NCBI GenBank assembly: GCA_012295275.1
Contig: CM022677.1
Coordinates: 1,736,001-1,800,000, forward strand
Reading direction: 5' to 3'
Source of the DNA: Chrysomallon squamiferum
Taxonomy: Eukaryota > Animalia > Mollusca
DNA length: 64,000 nucleotides
Part shown: piece after piece, positions 1 to 23,084 of the stretch
Position numbering within the stretch: the first letter of the stretch is position 1
Layout of the letters: each line of letters begins with the position of its first letter
The notes under the pieces: model-generated
What the model was told of the DNA's origin: nothing
Seen by the model: only the letters and a program-made list of their open reading frames with translations
Databases searched by the model: none
Position numbers and translations under genes: made by a program

Positions 1-673
1 GAAACAGATAACGTGTTTTCAGTTTAGTTAGGTAGTTAACGTGATTCAGTACTTTTATTATTTTTCGCAGTACTGTTAATTTTTATTTAGAAACATAATA
101 AAATAAATATTAGTATTTTTCCTTGTACTGCCACCACTACTACTTCTGTTTCTGTTACTGTTTTTATTATTCTTGTCGTTGTTATTTCTTTCTTTATTTA
201 TTTGTTAACTTGTTTATTTGCTTTCAATTTTTTTTTTTTTTTTTTTTTTACTTTTTATTAATAGGTTTATTTATTTATCTTAATATATTTTGTTTCATTT
301 ACTTTTTTGTTCATTTGTTTACTTATTTATCTTTTCTATGCTTTATAAATGTTTTATTTATTAAAAAGTTGTACTATTTATCTCCCTCTCTGTCATTAAG
401 TTGACTTTGTACTAAAGTAATCTTTATCTGTGGGTAATCAATCTGAGACAACTGAGTAAACTTTAGTCTTGGCAAAACAGATTAGTAGGTCATGTTATCA
501 CTAACACGTGTTTCAATAACAAGCTCAACAGAGACGACAAAAATTTGTACACGGGTCTTAGTAGTATTCCAACTTTCAGTACAGAATCCAGTTATTCATA
601 TGCAAAGAAATTTAAATAGATGAAACACAGGACATTGACAATATCAAACATAGAAAAATTTGATAATAAAGGA

Positions 674-708
<35 letters not shown>

Positions 709-1072
709 ATGAATTTTATTTCAAATATTGCTCCGTACCTAGTGTTATCTTGAATACAACAAAGGTTAAAGATTTATTTTAAGAAGTGTTTTATCTGGGT
801 CAGTCACGCGGTCAGCAGATTGTTGGAGAGAGAAATATTTGATATCAGGTCTGTACTCTTATTAAATCACTGAATTGTCAGAAAATTAGTTACAACAGGG
901 AAATTTTACTATTAGACATTCTGATTATTTTCTGTTGTCGCATAAGCCATACAGACCCGAATATTACTTTTTCTTATAAACAGTAACATTCAACTATGTT
1001 CATGATGTTTTCGCAGTCTGTAATAATTTTAGAATCTGGAAGAGGGGGAAGAGATAACGGCTGCTTGACTAC

Positions 1073-1106
<34 letters not shown>

Positions 1107-1517
1107 CGTGTGTGTGTGTGTGTGTCTGAATTCATATTAAAATGACACACACAAAAAACATACCTATACATACATGTATAAATGCAAGAAAAAAATATAT
1201 TGTGTGTGTGTGCGTGCGTATTTGATTTAATATGAATTCTTAGGTTCAGTAAAGTAAATCGCTGTCAAGATATATGTAAGATAAAAATCACAAACGCACT
1301 GATTTGACCCGAAGTGAAAAAAACGTCGACTGCTAGCTTATGGTTCTAATTTACCTTAGAAAATGAAAACAAATAAATAAATAGACAGAGATATATAAAG
1401 CAGATCGACTGTTAGGAACTAATAATAATAATAATAATACTACTACTACTAATAATAATAATAATAATAATAATAGGAGTAATAATAAAAATCGAGAAGT
1501 TATAAAGAAGTAATAAA

Positions 1518-1629
<112 letters not shown>

Positions 1630-2216
1630 AACATATATACAGTAAAAATGTTTGTCTCCAGGTTATAAAGCTGAGATAACTTTGGCCGTGACAAAACAGA
1701 TTAGTAGGTCTTGTTTCGCTCACTCAAGTTTTAATAATAAGTTAATTGTAAACAAACTGAACACAGATAACAAATATTTCAAATGGTGGTCATAGAACTT
1801 TTCGAATTTACAATAATACTATAATTAATTCAATGCAACTAAATTTTATTAGATTAAAATAATGACTCGGGTAACTTCAGACGATAAACATTTTTATTAC
1901 AATAAAATTAGAATTTACAGAACAATTTAGCTTTTACATACAGCCATAGCAATAGTATTTGTATTAACATAGTAAGTTTTGCTTCAGTAACAAATAAAAT
2001 GTTATCTGAACCAGATTCAAAATAGGTTATGCGGTGAATGGATACTTGAAAAGCTATATAAATGAAAAAAAATATAATAATAAGTATGGAAAGGGAGAAG
2101 CACAAGAAGAAAAATCTCCTTTGTTCTTCAGTGAAACAAAATCTTATCTTAATCTCCTAAGATCTTTTTTTTTCTTCTCTGGACGGTGTTAACTGAACAA
2201 AAGACGGATATTTGAC

Positions 2217-2301
2217 TTTGTCATTTCGACCGTTTCTTTCCTGGGAAAAACTATATGTGTGTATAAATTTTCCACAGGAAAGAAACGGTCGAAATGACAA
2301 A
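2217..2301. repeat. Perfect 27-bp inverted repeat forming an ~85-nt hairpin
   Basis: TTTGTCATTTCGACCGTTTCTTTCCTG (2217-2243) is the exact reverse complement of 2275-2301; the inner GGAAAA/TTTTCC extends the stem. Confidence 0.9.
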
Positions 2302-2511
2302 TAACAGAAAGTAGCGGCAACCTATGTTAAAATAATTTACGTTTATTTTTGTAAATTTATTGACAAGCACATTATCACCACATTTCATATAATAATTAAT
2401 ATCGGGAAATCAATTTAATTATACTGTCATAAAATAATAATTTTACTCAGTTGTATTTGTTTCACACACACACTCACACACACATACACACACACGTATG
2501 TGCAGGTGTAT

Positions 2512-2575
<64 letters not shown>

Positions 2576-3050
2576 ACACACATCAATTATATTTATAGGT
2601 TCTGATCTGGAATCCTGTCTCACAACATCTTTATGTATTACACGCAGAAAAGAAAAATATTACAGAAACTAAATAATAAAACTTGATATTTGTCTACATA
2701 ATTTTTCTGTTTACATTCTAAACACAAACTAAATGCAAAAATAAATGAAGTGGAAATTTATGATACAAAACAAATTTATTTGCATTTTGTTTATATACAT
2801 AAACAAACAAACAGTAAATTCGAAACATAATCTAATTTACTAACATATTTAATATAAATCTGAATGAAAGAAAATTGATAAATAAATCAAATAACAGTTC
2901 TTGTATTTCATGTCCAACAGTCAGTAAGTACATATATAATTTATCTACATTTTATTTTATATACATTTTAAAGCGAAATAAAAAAGTACAAATGAAGCAA
3001 GAAATAGTTAATAATATTACGTTTTATATACAAACAACAAACATTAGAAA

Positions 3051-3086
<36 letters not shown>

Positions 3087-3294
3087 AAAGCAATGAGATG
3101 TATCTGTTTGACACAAATCAGTCCATTATAAAATTTCAAATCAAAGGAACTGTCTATGACGTCATCGCCGCTGTCTGACGTCATCAGAAAAACATAAACA
3201 AATCAATAAATCAATAAGTAAACAAATAAATAAATAAATACAAATATTAGGCCAGTGATGACTAAAAGTGACAGTGTTTGAACGATGTTGTTTT

Positions 3295-4342
3295 TTACAC
3301 TAAAAATAACAAAGCACGTATTTGTCCGCGTGTCACACATGTACGAAGTCGTCTGTCACTGTGTTTAGATTTGTGTGACTCAGAAAATCTACAAACAAAA
3401 GAGTCTACAACAATTTCTGATTCACCTTCAAATCCACAACATGTGTCACCTCCCTTAACATTAACAAACAAGCTGTACTCAGTGTCTTTAGTAATCTTCA
3501 CTGGACGTCTGAACACGACGTCGTACCAGTAATACACGTGTTCATATCTCTGTGTCAGTGTAGACCCGTCCAGTATTTCGTCTGTTCTTGTGTCAGTGAC
3601 GAAGGCGCTGACGTCGTAGTTTTGTGGTTCATCGTCACCGTATAACTGAAATCAGCGAAGTAAAGCGTTTTTGTTGACAGAGAAAGTAATGGATTCATCT
3701 TCTTCACCAGAATATGACCAGTAACTACACGAACCAAACCTGTCTATTGTAATCTGTGTTTTACGAATCACTGCAGTTCTCATGTTTGAGTTGAAAGGTG
3801 AAACATCTTCATCTCTGCTCACCAGGTGTCTCAAAATCTTGAATCCTTCAGTCTCAGTGAGTATGTGAGTGGGTGTCACTTGTTTTACAAAATAAGTCTG
3901 ATCGAGTAATGGATAACGCACGTGCTTCACGACCTCTCCCAGTGCTTCGCGCATGTTTTTTTCATTCGTCTGTCTTCCTTGCTTCCTGCACGCGCTGTCA
4001 GCCCACTTCACAGCGGCTTCAAAAACATTTTTCTCGTCTGCTGTCAGTTCGTCTGATCGTATGATCTCAACCAGACATTCGTGACAAAGATCGGTGACTT
4101 CATCTGACTTCAGAACTTCGTCGCCATTTTCCAAAATGAAGTTCAGAGTTTTTTTCCTTAGATGATGTTCATCAAACAGGTGAGCTTGTTCCAGCACGAC
4201 GCACGCATTCCGTGACGACAACGACGACTCCAAATAGTTGACGCACTGTTCTTCCAGTGTTGTGACGATGTACTTTCTCGATAGATACAGCAGACCGGTG
4301 ACGTTGTCGCCTGTTAGGACGACGTCATCCGTGTAAAGATAT
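3295..4342 (-). pseudogene. BTB-BACK-PHR gene copy 1, coding exon 2 with premature TGA at 3652-3654 in the PHR domain
   Basis: Acceptor CAG|ATAT gives KYLYTDDVVLTGDNV; BACK motifs (VFEAAVKWA, VRYPLL) are present. GGA in copies 2/3 is TGA here (LLR*FQLYG), and the frame continues unbroken to GQIRALLFLV*. Confidence 0.82.
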
Positions 4343-4530
4343 CTGTGTAAAAGAAGTAGAGTAAGACTTCAAAATGTGAGATAACAATGTGAGATCAGTT
4401 AATAAAGATATCTGTGTAAAAGAAGTAGAGTAAGACTTCAAAATGTGAGATAACAATGTGAGATCAGTTAATAAAGATATCTGTGTAAAATAAGTAGAGT
4501 AAGACTTCAAACGAGAGATAATTATGTGAG
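4333..4530 (-). repeat. 69-bp minisatellite containing the 3' splice acceptor (3 acceptors: exon starts at 4480, 4411, 4342)
   Basis: The unit AAGTCTTACTCTACTTCTTTTACACAG|ATATCTTTATTAACTGATCTCAC.. recurs at 69-bp spacing on the minus strand. Confidence 0.9.
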
Positions 4531-4747
4531 ATTATTCAATTAGAAAATAATTATATTACTAACAAAAACTGTATTGTTATCAACGTTCGTGTCGGTTTGT
4601 ATGTTTCGTTACTCACTATGTTCGTACCTCTGTCTGTGTGTGTCTGTGTGTATGTTTGTGTGTGTGTGTGTTTGTGTATGTGTGTGTGTGTCTGTGTATT
4701 TGTGTCTCTCTCTAGGTGTGTGGCTGTGTATGAGTTTGTTAACATAC

Positions 4748-5004
4748 TTTAAAAACTCGGTAAAAATATCTGCCTGAACATCAGGCAAGATGATGCTGTT
4801 TTGTTCGCGAAGTTCTCCCATAATCATTTTGTGGAAGACATCGCTTCTGATCATCAGGATGAAGCGATGTGCTTCTACAATTTTTTCTTCTTCCCCAACA
4901 ATAAATCTGACGTCGCTGTCTGTTCTCGTACGAAAAACGTGTTCAATACACTCCGTTAGTGTTTTCCCTGTCTGCCAACTTGAAACTTCTGCTGAGGTGG
5001 CCAT
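4748..5004 (-). CDS. BTB-BACK-PHR gene copy 1, coding exon 1 (N-terminal BTB/POZ part)
   Basis: MATSAEVSSWQTGKTL..SDVRFIVGEE..AHRFILMIRSDVFHKM..LPDVQADIFTEFLK is a canonical BTB start. Phase-2 donor AA|GTATGT after 4748; 257 nt, as in the other copies. Confidence 0.9.
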
Positions 5005-5020
5005 GTTTTCACTAAAAACA

Positions 5021-5074
<54 letters not shown>

Positions 5075-5644
5075 TAACCTCATATGAAATATAATTTTAA
5101 AATGTTTCTAATACGCAGCCTCACATTGCAGTGATCAGTTTTCTATATTCGCATCTAGCTATGACCTGTACATAGAAATATTTCAAATACTAAACATTTT
5201 TATGTAAAAAAATAATCAACCTGAGATAATTTCTAACAATCGAGTACTTTCTGTTTAAGGCCTGTACTGTTCAACACTGAGATCAGAAATCTAAAAACAA
5301 ATAAATAAATAAAAGATAATGAAAGAAAGAAAACAAATCAGATAAATATATACCAAATCGATAAAAGATAAAAAGAAGTACATTATGCTTACACTAGTGA
5401 TTATTATGATGACGACAACAACAATAATTATTATTATACACAGACATATTTAACTGTGGGAGATACGGTTTTCAAATCGCAATGTACATATGGTCATTTA
5501 TACCAACTTACTCCTCGAAAAGACAAAATAATTAACCGACAATAACAAATCTAAAAGAAACACGATATAAGAAAAAAGAATAATAAGTGAGGAAAATCAA
5601 GAAAAAGATGTGAAACTTTTGAAATATAAAACAATATAAAATAC

Positions 5645-5729
5645 CTTGTAATTTCAACTTCCTGATCGACAATTTCTTATAAGCGACTATTTTCTATCAA
5701 CTCAGTTATAGATCACAGATGTCACCGAT
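5645..5729 (-). other. Putative 85-nt non-coding 5' UTR exon of BTB copy 1
   Basis: Bounded by TTCTTAG| and AAG|GTATTT and has no ATG. An identical-length copy lies at 42728-42812 and a diverged 84-nt paralog with intact splice sites at 15368-15451. A matching acceptor TTTTTAG| lies 7 nt before the ATG. Confidence 0.5.
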
Positions 5730-6255
5730 CTAAGAATAAATTAAATAAAATAAAATAATATAAAGTAAGCGATATATTGCAAAAGGCGTTAATAAAAAAA
5801 AAAAAAAAAAAGAAAAAGAGATATAATAGGATAGCAGTAGTAATAATAATAGCAATAATAATAATAATAACAGCATATTAAAGTCAGGATATACATAACT
5901 TTTTTCATTTCAATTTAAAACACCTGACACTTAAGTAATCTATTTGTTAGAGAACTAACTCTGATATATTTATAATAAATTAAGAACAGTGGAAGCGTCA
6001 ACACATAATAAAATATAAAATGTTATACACGTTCAATATGGCCGACTGCTGTCAGTTCTGCTTTGTGTTCTTTTAGTTAGGAAACCATCCACTGATAAAC
6101 ACGCGACTGACGTCAAATATCTTATACGTCATCAAGTGTTACGTTTCAGTTTCAGATTAAAATAGACAAATCGTGATATGTACATAAATCTTCTTTACAA
6201 TAAATTACATTAATTCTAATTCAATAAATTAAATACTACTAGATGCCATTGCTTA

Positions 6256-15217
<8,962 letters not shown>

Positions 15218-15249
15218 GCAAATAAATAAATAAATAAATAAATTAATTA

Positions 15250-15299
<50 letters not shown>

Positions 15300-15719
15300 A
15301 ATTAAATAAATTTGAATAAAATTAAAAACAATATACACTACTTTATAGGTTCAAAATAGTTACCTACCTGAAAAACTTCCTGATCGATAATTTCTTAGAA
15401 ATGAGTTATTTCTGTTTAACGACTCTACTATTGATCACATAGATCAGGAATCTATAAATAAATAAATAAAATGAAATAAAGTAAAAGACTGATGAATATA
15501 TAGCATAAGCTGTCAACGATATATTGAACTATACTTAGGTGCTAACATTACAACTAGTACTGCTGCTACTACTAGGACCAGTACTACTACTACTGTTACT
15601 AGTCCCACTACTACTACTACTACTACTACTACTGCTAATAGAATAATAATTATTATTATAAGGACGATAGCATTATTATTATTACTATTAAATAAGTTTA
15701 TCGATGTTTCTCATAAAGT

Positions 15720-15773
<54 letters not shown>

Positions 15774-15897
15774 CGCCTTTACCAAAATTCCCACACAAAT
15801 TTATAGTTAATACAAAATAGATTACAAGTTGAATATGTCTGATTTGTTTTAAGCAAAGCAATAGTACGGCATATATTAAATCAAAATAAAATACAAA

Positions 15898-16119
15898 TAC
15901 CTTCAAATTTCAAAATGGCCGACTACTTCTGAATAATGCGTCTTGTTTGTGAGTGGTTTTCCTAGAACTGACTCCTTCCTGCTTGACAAGGTCACTGAAA
16001 TATTTTCTGTGTGTCGCTGTTTACTAAGTCGTCTGCTGATAAGCACGTGATAGAAACCACATATCGCACAAGTCACACCACGTATAGCGATAGATACATA
16101 CAAAGATTTTGTGTGTGTG

Positions 16120-16164
<45 letters not shown>

Positions 16165-16723
16165 TTTGTCTGTAAAATATTAATATTTATTTCTCACTCA
16201 GTATATCGATGAAAAAGTTATGTTAACAAGTGTCTATTAAGTAGGTCAGATAAGAATAGCGTGTCAGTTGTGTTGGCGACAAGAAACGTTATACTACGAT
16301 CGTGAAATATGCAATGTAATGGTGAATCAGAGTACACGGGACACTCATTTATTTGTAAGTGTTATGAGTCAGAGCGATCTAAACACAGGGGTGACAAATA
16401 CCAGCTTTATTATGTTTAGTATAACAAAATAGCATTGTTCAAACAGTAACAGTTGTACTCATTATTGGTGTGATATATTTATAGATATATTTATTTATTT
16501 ATATCACTTTTTCCTTTTTTATTTATCTGTTGGTATTTTTCTTTACAAATGATACATGATACAACTAATATACGCTAATAAAAAAAGAGTAAATTAATGT
16601 ATTAAAATACAGAAGACTCCATAGCATCTGTAAAAACAACAACAACAACAACAATAATAATAATAAGAAGAAGAAGACGAAGAAGAAGACGAAGAAGAAG
16701 AAGAAGAAGAAGACGAAGAAGAA

Positions 16724-16758
<35 letters not shown>

Positions 16759-17780
16759 AGAAGAAGAAGAAGACGAAGAAGAAGAAGAAGAAGAAGAACA
16801 AGAACAAGACGAAGAAGAAGAGGAAGAATTAACATGTTTTAGAGATATAAATGTTTCTTCATATAAATAAAAGTACACATTATTGTAAGAAACATACAAA
16901 ATGGCATGACAGAAAAATAAATTAAAACTTTGTATATTTTTGCATATTCTATCCTTGAATATTTATCTCATATTTACAGAATGTCTGAACTTATTTACAT
17001 GAAGCGCATTAAATTTCACTAAACATATTTATATTTATCTCAGTCTTTCTTCTACCATATAATATGCAATGCTTACTAGTTGACATGATAACTAACAAGA
17101 TCTTACACTGATATTATCTAAGCTCTGTGTCTGAAGTTACCTTTGGGTGAAAGAAGATTTCCACTTGTCCACCATTTGTCACAGACCTCTGTACCAAAAT
17201 ATTCTGCCATTTAGCTTTCTTATATTTTTTATAAAAACAGTTTACACTAGTTATTGACAGCTAGCATCACGCCTTTGTGAACTGTAAATAGTCTAAAGTT
17301 ATATTTTCTTTTCTACAAAATGCAATGCATGAAAGCCAGGTGGCATTAACAAAATGTTATTTTAGAACTAAAATTCCTTTCTTTGCCAGTGTCTTATAAT
17401 AATCAGATTTATAATCAGTTTTAATATGAACGTTATACTAAATCTACTGACATAGTATTTTTATCTTGTCCCTTATCGTTGCACATTTCTCTAGAAAGTT
17501 TAACCCTATATACAATTCATTTTTAGAAAAGGAATTTGTGCGTTTCAGCAATTTTGCTTCACTGTCGGCTGACCCTAAAACTAGTGTCAGTGAAACTCAA
17601 GATAAAGCATCGGCAATCTTTTTCTAGAAGCGGACCACATAACACATGGCTCATCTTCAGGGGGGCCAAATACACTGAAAGAGTTTCTGCTAGTTTAAAG
17701 AAATAGTTTGTTGGATTTGTCAGTGAAGAAAAAACAAACAACTTTCGATAAAAAATAACTTTTGATTGCAGTAATTTTTC
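15898..17780 (+). repeat. Older, diverged copy of most of the 2.7-kb unit
   Basis: Colinear but visibly substituted match to ~7152-9015, including an expanded (GAA)n tract at 16665-16825. Confidence 0.85.
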
Positions 17781-19908
17781 CTAGAGGTGAGAAAGAACAT
17801 TTTGACCATTGTTCAAGAAGCGGTTTAACCTCATTCAACTTTGCATTAAAGTTTAATTCTGGTATTTGGCACAGATCCGTGGAAAACCGTACCCGAAGTA
17901 TTGTGAATTCTGTAGTCCATTTTAATTTTTGTTTTGAACACTTTTTTTATGAACAAATTTGTCGTTGGCTAATTTTATTATATTTGTTTTATATGTATTA
18001 ACTTTGAGACCTGATATATCAGTAAACTAGTTTAATGTTTCCACAGATGCTCACAGAGTTTTATCGTCGGCGAACTGTGAAATTTTAAATTCGCTGCCGT
18101 TTATCTCAATCCCGTATATACGTTTCTTATTTCTTACCAAGATTCCAAGAATCTCAACATAAAAGATGGAAACACAGTGAAATAACAGATCCCTTGTCTA
18201 TCTCCTGTTTCTCGTTTTAAGCGTTTAGCAATCTTACCATTTATGTATGAACACGTATCTGTTTATTTGAAAGTCCAAAGTAAGAACATGGATTTTTTTG
18301 TTAATTTTTTTTATTAAACGATGTTTTATGAAAAGCTTTTATTCCAAAGCTACAATTAATTAAGAATAACTTGAAACACTAAGGGGAAATAACTCAAGCT
18401 TTATCTTTATGCAAGTGGTAAAGGAATTATCTCCCACTGTATCAGTAAACACTTTTGTTGTCTGCTAAATGAAGACTGTGAAACACGGAGTGTTTGTTAC
18501 TCGACATTTGCTGTGAGTGGTGATCATTAAATAACAGGAGTATTGTTATTATTATTATTATTGTTGTTATTATGACTATGATTATGATTATTATTGATTT
18601 ACTAATAGGAATTAGTCTGTATGATCATGGTCTATGTTAACAAACTGTTGAAACAGAATAAACTGTATATAATATACACCGATATGCTATATTCCATTTG
18701 TAGTAGATACTTATGAAAGGTTGATTTAGAAAAAGCTAATAACAAACTCAGATGGAAGGCGGAGATCTGGATACTCAGAGCTCACGAATCTACTTTTATA
18801 TGTAGCCTCGCAGCTGTACGCGTTGTTGTCTGTGTCTGTCTCTCTGTGTGTGTAATTTAGGACTGATTATTTTTTATGTGCCTTTCATTAGACTTTTGAT
18901 AATAGTACGGCGCTACCACAGGAAGACAAAGTCCGATCACGACCTCACAAACCCCGTCAGATACCGCTGACAACGTTACCGTTCGGCCATGAAGACAACC
19001 TTGAAACGCCTGCCCAGTAACTGAGGTAATCACTGCTTTCCACAAAGCACGGCGTGTTTTGACTTTCGTTATTTCTGTGTGTATCTGTGTTTTCCTGGAA
19101 ACATGGCAATGACAAGTGTGTATTTAGAGTTGAATATTCCATTTCTGTTTGTGTCGTCTGCATAATAATTAAGCAGAGTTAGAGACAGAAGGTCTTAAGT
19201 GCATATATTAATAAGTTATTTTTACGTGTTTACATGTGTACATATCCGAGTGTCTGAGTATGTCGGTCTGTCTGTCCCTCTCTCTGTATTTCTCTCAGAA
19301 TGTTATATTTATTTATTTATTTTATATTTACTTTTTCAAAAGTAGTAAGTTATTTATGTATAACTTTGTATATATGTGTATGAAAGTTACATTTGATTGT
19401 TAATAAATGTTTCATTGTTATAAATCGGTTTAGTATTACGGTTAGGGTTAAGGTCAAGATCAAGGCTGGTATAAAATTTATCTTAATATCAGTTATCTTT
19501 CAAGATGATTTTATTTTGTTGCCAAATGTTACTAAACTTCTTAAGTCATTCCGGTTGTAAAAAATAAATATAGTTATTATTATTAAAACTTTAAAAGAAG
19601 TCTGTTATATTAACATTCATATTCATTGCAGTCTTTTTTCAGTTCATTCTGTACGTAAAGTATATAATTCAGAAATACTATGGCCAAAACGAAGACGTTT
19701 ATTACTTATAACATAAGAATACAAAAGTCTTGTTTTATTATAAAAATGTAAACCATGCCTTATACAGATTAGATATTGCTAGACATGAAATATGATTACA
19801 ACGAAGATAAAGAACTTAGATCATTTAATATGGAGCTGATGGCACTATTTCATTTTTTCTTCTTCTTCTTCTTCTTATTGTTATTGTTATTATTATTATT
19901 ATTGTTAT

Positions 19909-19973
<65 letters not shown>

Positions 19974-20230
19974 TTACTGAATCTTTATTTATTATTATAT
20001 TTTAATTCATTTATTTAATTTTATCATTCCAATACATATAGCTTTTTATTATAATTTTTATTTATTTATTTAGAAGAGGATTGATACCAGCTCATTACTG
20101 TATTTATTCTTTGTATCTTATTCTGTTCAAACATGTGGTGAGTCAGATTTATTTTATTTAAGGGTACACCAACCCTAGCACGTGACAAATACAAAGCGTA
20201 TTCAACAGCCCAGGCTGCAGGCAAGTTATC

Positions 20231-20610
20231 TAAATTTTCTTTCTTTTGTGTTTTCTTATTAACTGTCTCTCTGTCTTTTCTCTCCAGATTCACAGAAGTC
20301 TCACCTTATTAATTTATATCTTTATTTAAACTTTCTTTCTTTTGTGTTTTCTTATTAACTGTCTCTCTGTCTTTTCTCTCCAGATTCACATAAGTCTCAC
20401 CTTATTAATTTAAATCTTTATTTAAACTTTCTTTCTTTTGTGTTTTCTTATTAACTGTCTCTCTCTTTCTTTTCTCTCCAGATTCACAGAAGTCTCACCT
20501 TATTAATTTAAATCTTTATTTAAACTTTCTTTCTTTTGTGTTTTCTTATTAACTGTCTCTCTGTCTTTTCTCTCCAGATTCACATAAATCTCACCTTATT
20601 AATTTAAATC
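20231..20610 (+). repeat. ~96-bp tandem repeat, 4 copies, pyrimidine-rich, each containing CTCTCCAG
   Basis: TTTTCTCTCCAGATTCAC recurs with the G at 20287, 20383, 20481 and 20577. Confidence 0.9.
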
Positions 20611-22220
20611 GTTTGATGTTGCTTTGGTTATTTTTATTTTTGTACTTCTTTTATTTATTTTTTTATTTACTTACTTACTTACTTTATTTATTGAATTTTT
20701 TTATATTTCTTTCTTTCTTTCTTTTTTTTTTTCATTCTTTCTCTCTCTCATGTATCCATTTGTTTATAATTAGACTGAACGAGTATTAATGTTACACAGC
20801 ATATCTGCAATTATTATGAAATAAATTAGTCAATAATAATAATCCCTAAAAAAAAATAGAAAAAAAACAATTTTTTTTTACTTTCATTGATAATTTTTGA
20901 TAGAATAGGAAACAAACATACATAAATACATACATAATATACACACACACACGTACATACACATAATATTCAAAATCCTAAACTACATACTTGCGAATGC
21001 CCAGTTTCCAACAAAAAAATAGATTCACGCAGAAATGACGAAAGACAAAGAACGGCGTGCTTCGTGGGAAGCGATGATTACCTCGGTTACTGAGCAACTT
21101 TTTTTTACGGTTCTCTTGGTGGCCGAACGGTAACATCGTCTGCCTTCGGAGTGCTGGCGAATGAGTGTCATACGTTCGAGTCTCGTCAGCGGCATCTGAA
21201 GGATTTGTGAGGTCGTGATTGGACTTTGTCCTCATGCGCCAGTGCGTTCCCGAATATTGTCTGTGTGCAGAGTCTAATCAGACGTACACAAACAGAGAAC
21301 ATTCAAAATGCTAAACTACATACATAGTTGAATCTAACAGACCGTAAATAAATTTTATAACTATCACAGAAGAAACCCACAGGAACATAATAAAAGTGGT
21401 GACGCAGATCTCGTTTCTGATTTCGAAAGCTTCTCATAAAAGTTGAAGCTTTAGGGCGCCAAAGATTTAGTTCTGCCGATCAGCGATAAAAAGATTCTTA
21501 TCGAATAAATGAAGGGAGAGAACTCTACCGGTACTGTCAAAGAGTTATCTGGTTTAGTTTAGACACTGCAGACGATCGTCGACTCGCGACCTTTCGAATT
21601 TACGTCTGCCCGAGTTAAAAAGCTACGTTAACATTTCCACTGGTGCAAGACGTTTCTCGTCCTTTTAAATAAAAATTAAAAATTTAAAAAAAAGAAGAAG
21701 AAAAAGAAAAACTGAGACTGAACATCTCTACCAGCTATTCAAGTCTTTGAACTAACTGGTCAATTTCCGTGCGTCTGTGATCAAATAATAATTTAGCAGT
21801 AAGAAAGTAAACGGTAATAATAGTAATTTGCACTGACATCGTTTATTTTTAACTATCATACACACAGAATATTTAAACAACAGATTAATACTTCTGACAG
21901 CTCTGTTTATACTTCATGTTAATAATCCGATAGCTGTGACAGTTATTCCACCATGAAAGGTTTAAGCACGTATTTCTTTGTAAGAATTTGTAGTCCTGTT
22001 CAAGATGTATACAGAGAAATGAGGTGTGTGTACATTCGTCATTTATTTCCTGCATCCTGAATTATCACAGTCTTAAAATACCTGTATTTTTTTATTATTT
22101 ATTTATTTATTTATTTGTTATTATTATTATTACTACTACTACTACTACTACTACTACTATTATACATACATACATACATATACACACACACATATATATT
22201 TTTTTATTTGTATTTATTTT

Positions 22221-22420
22221 NNNNNNNNNNNNNNNNNNNNNNNNNNNNNNNNNNNNNNNNNNNNNNNNNNNNNNNNNNNNNNNNNNNNNNNNNNNNNNNN
22301 NNNNNNNNNNNNNNNNNNNNNNNNNNNNNNNNNNNNNNNNNNNNNNNNNNNNNNNNNNNNNNNNNNNNNNNNNNNNNNNNNNNNNNNNNNNNNNNNNNNN
22401 NNNNNNNNNNNNNNNNNNNN
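22221..22420. other. Assembly gap (200 N)
   Basis: Run of N. Confidence 1.
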
Positions 22421-22828
22421 CATCAACTGATAAAATAAAATACGAGTAATTATCTTTTGCAACGTTTTTGTTTTGTTTTAACAGTAACACGTCCTGCACG
22501 CAATGACACACCAAACACTCAAAAACACACACCTACACACAAAACACACACCGACACACAAACACAAACTGATACATACAAAGACACACACCAACATACA
22601 CAAGTACACAGTGACACACACAAGTACACAGTGAAATACACAAATACACAAATACGCGCCTTTCCTCTTTCTTACAATTTATTTCTTCATCAGAATCGTT
22701 TCTGTAAAAACACGCTTGTCGAAGAAGGTGATTTAAATTTAAATCTGATAATATATTATAAAATAGGTAAAACAGATTAAAAGTAAATTCATTTTAATAA
22801 AAAAAAACCCAGCAATATCATAATATTG

Positions 22829-22903
<75 letters not shown>

Positions 22904-23084
22904 TAATATTAATTTCATCACATTATGATATAAAAGTTCTCAAAGCTGTATGTAACATTGAAGATTAGTAAATAAATCTGACTGTAATTTAAAACAAACG
23001 TGTTGTTATTTCTTCCTTTCAGCCTTCTTTTGTAACAACTGATTGTTAACATTGCACAACTACCAGCTGGCTTAGTATTACTAG

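Noticed and set aside
440-530. Short diverged repeat shared with ~1670-1745
   Set aside because: Real but short; most likely an old local duplication or TE fragment with no further structure.
3100-3654. Selenocysteine recoding of the copy 1 TGA via the 3' ATGACGTCA hairpin
   Set aside because: The homologous residue is Gly, not Cys. The hairpin lacks SECIS geometry (no apical AA, short stem) and also occurs in copies without the TGA.
4790-5074. Antisense ORFs over BTB exons (also 41638-42171, 54971-55408, 56688-57029)
   Set aside because: Shadow frames of the real coding strand.
20978-21700. GC-richer island with an 85-aa ORF
   Set aside because: No recognisable protein motif, RNA gene structure or terminal repeats that I can support.
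22024-22532. ORFs spanning N runs (also 48968-49312)
   Set aside because: Artefacts of assembly gaps.
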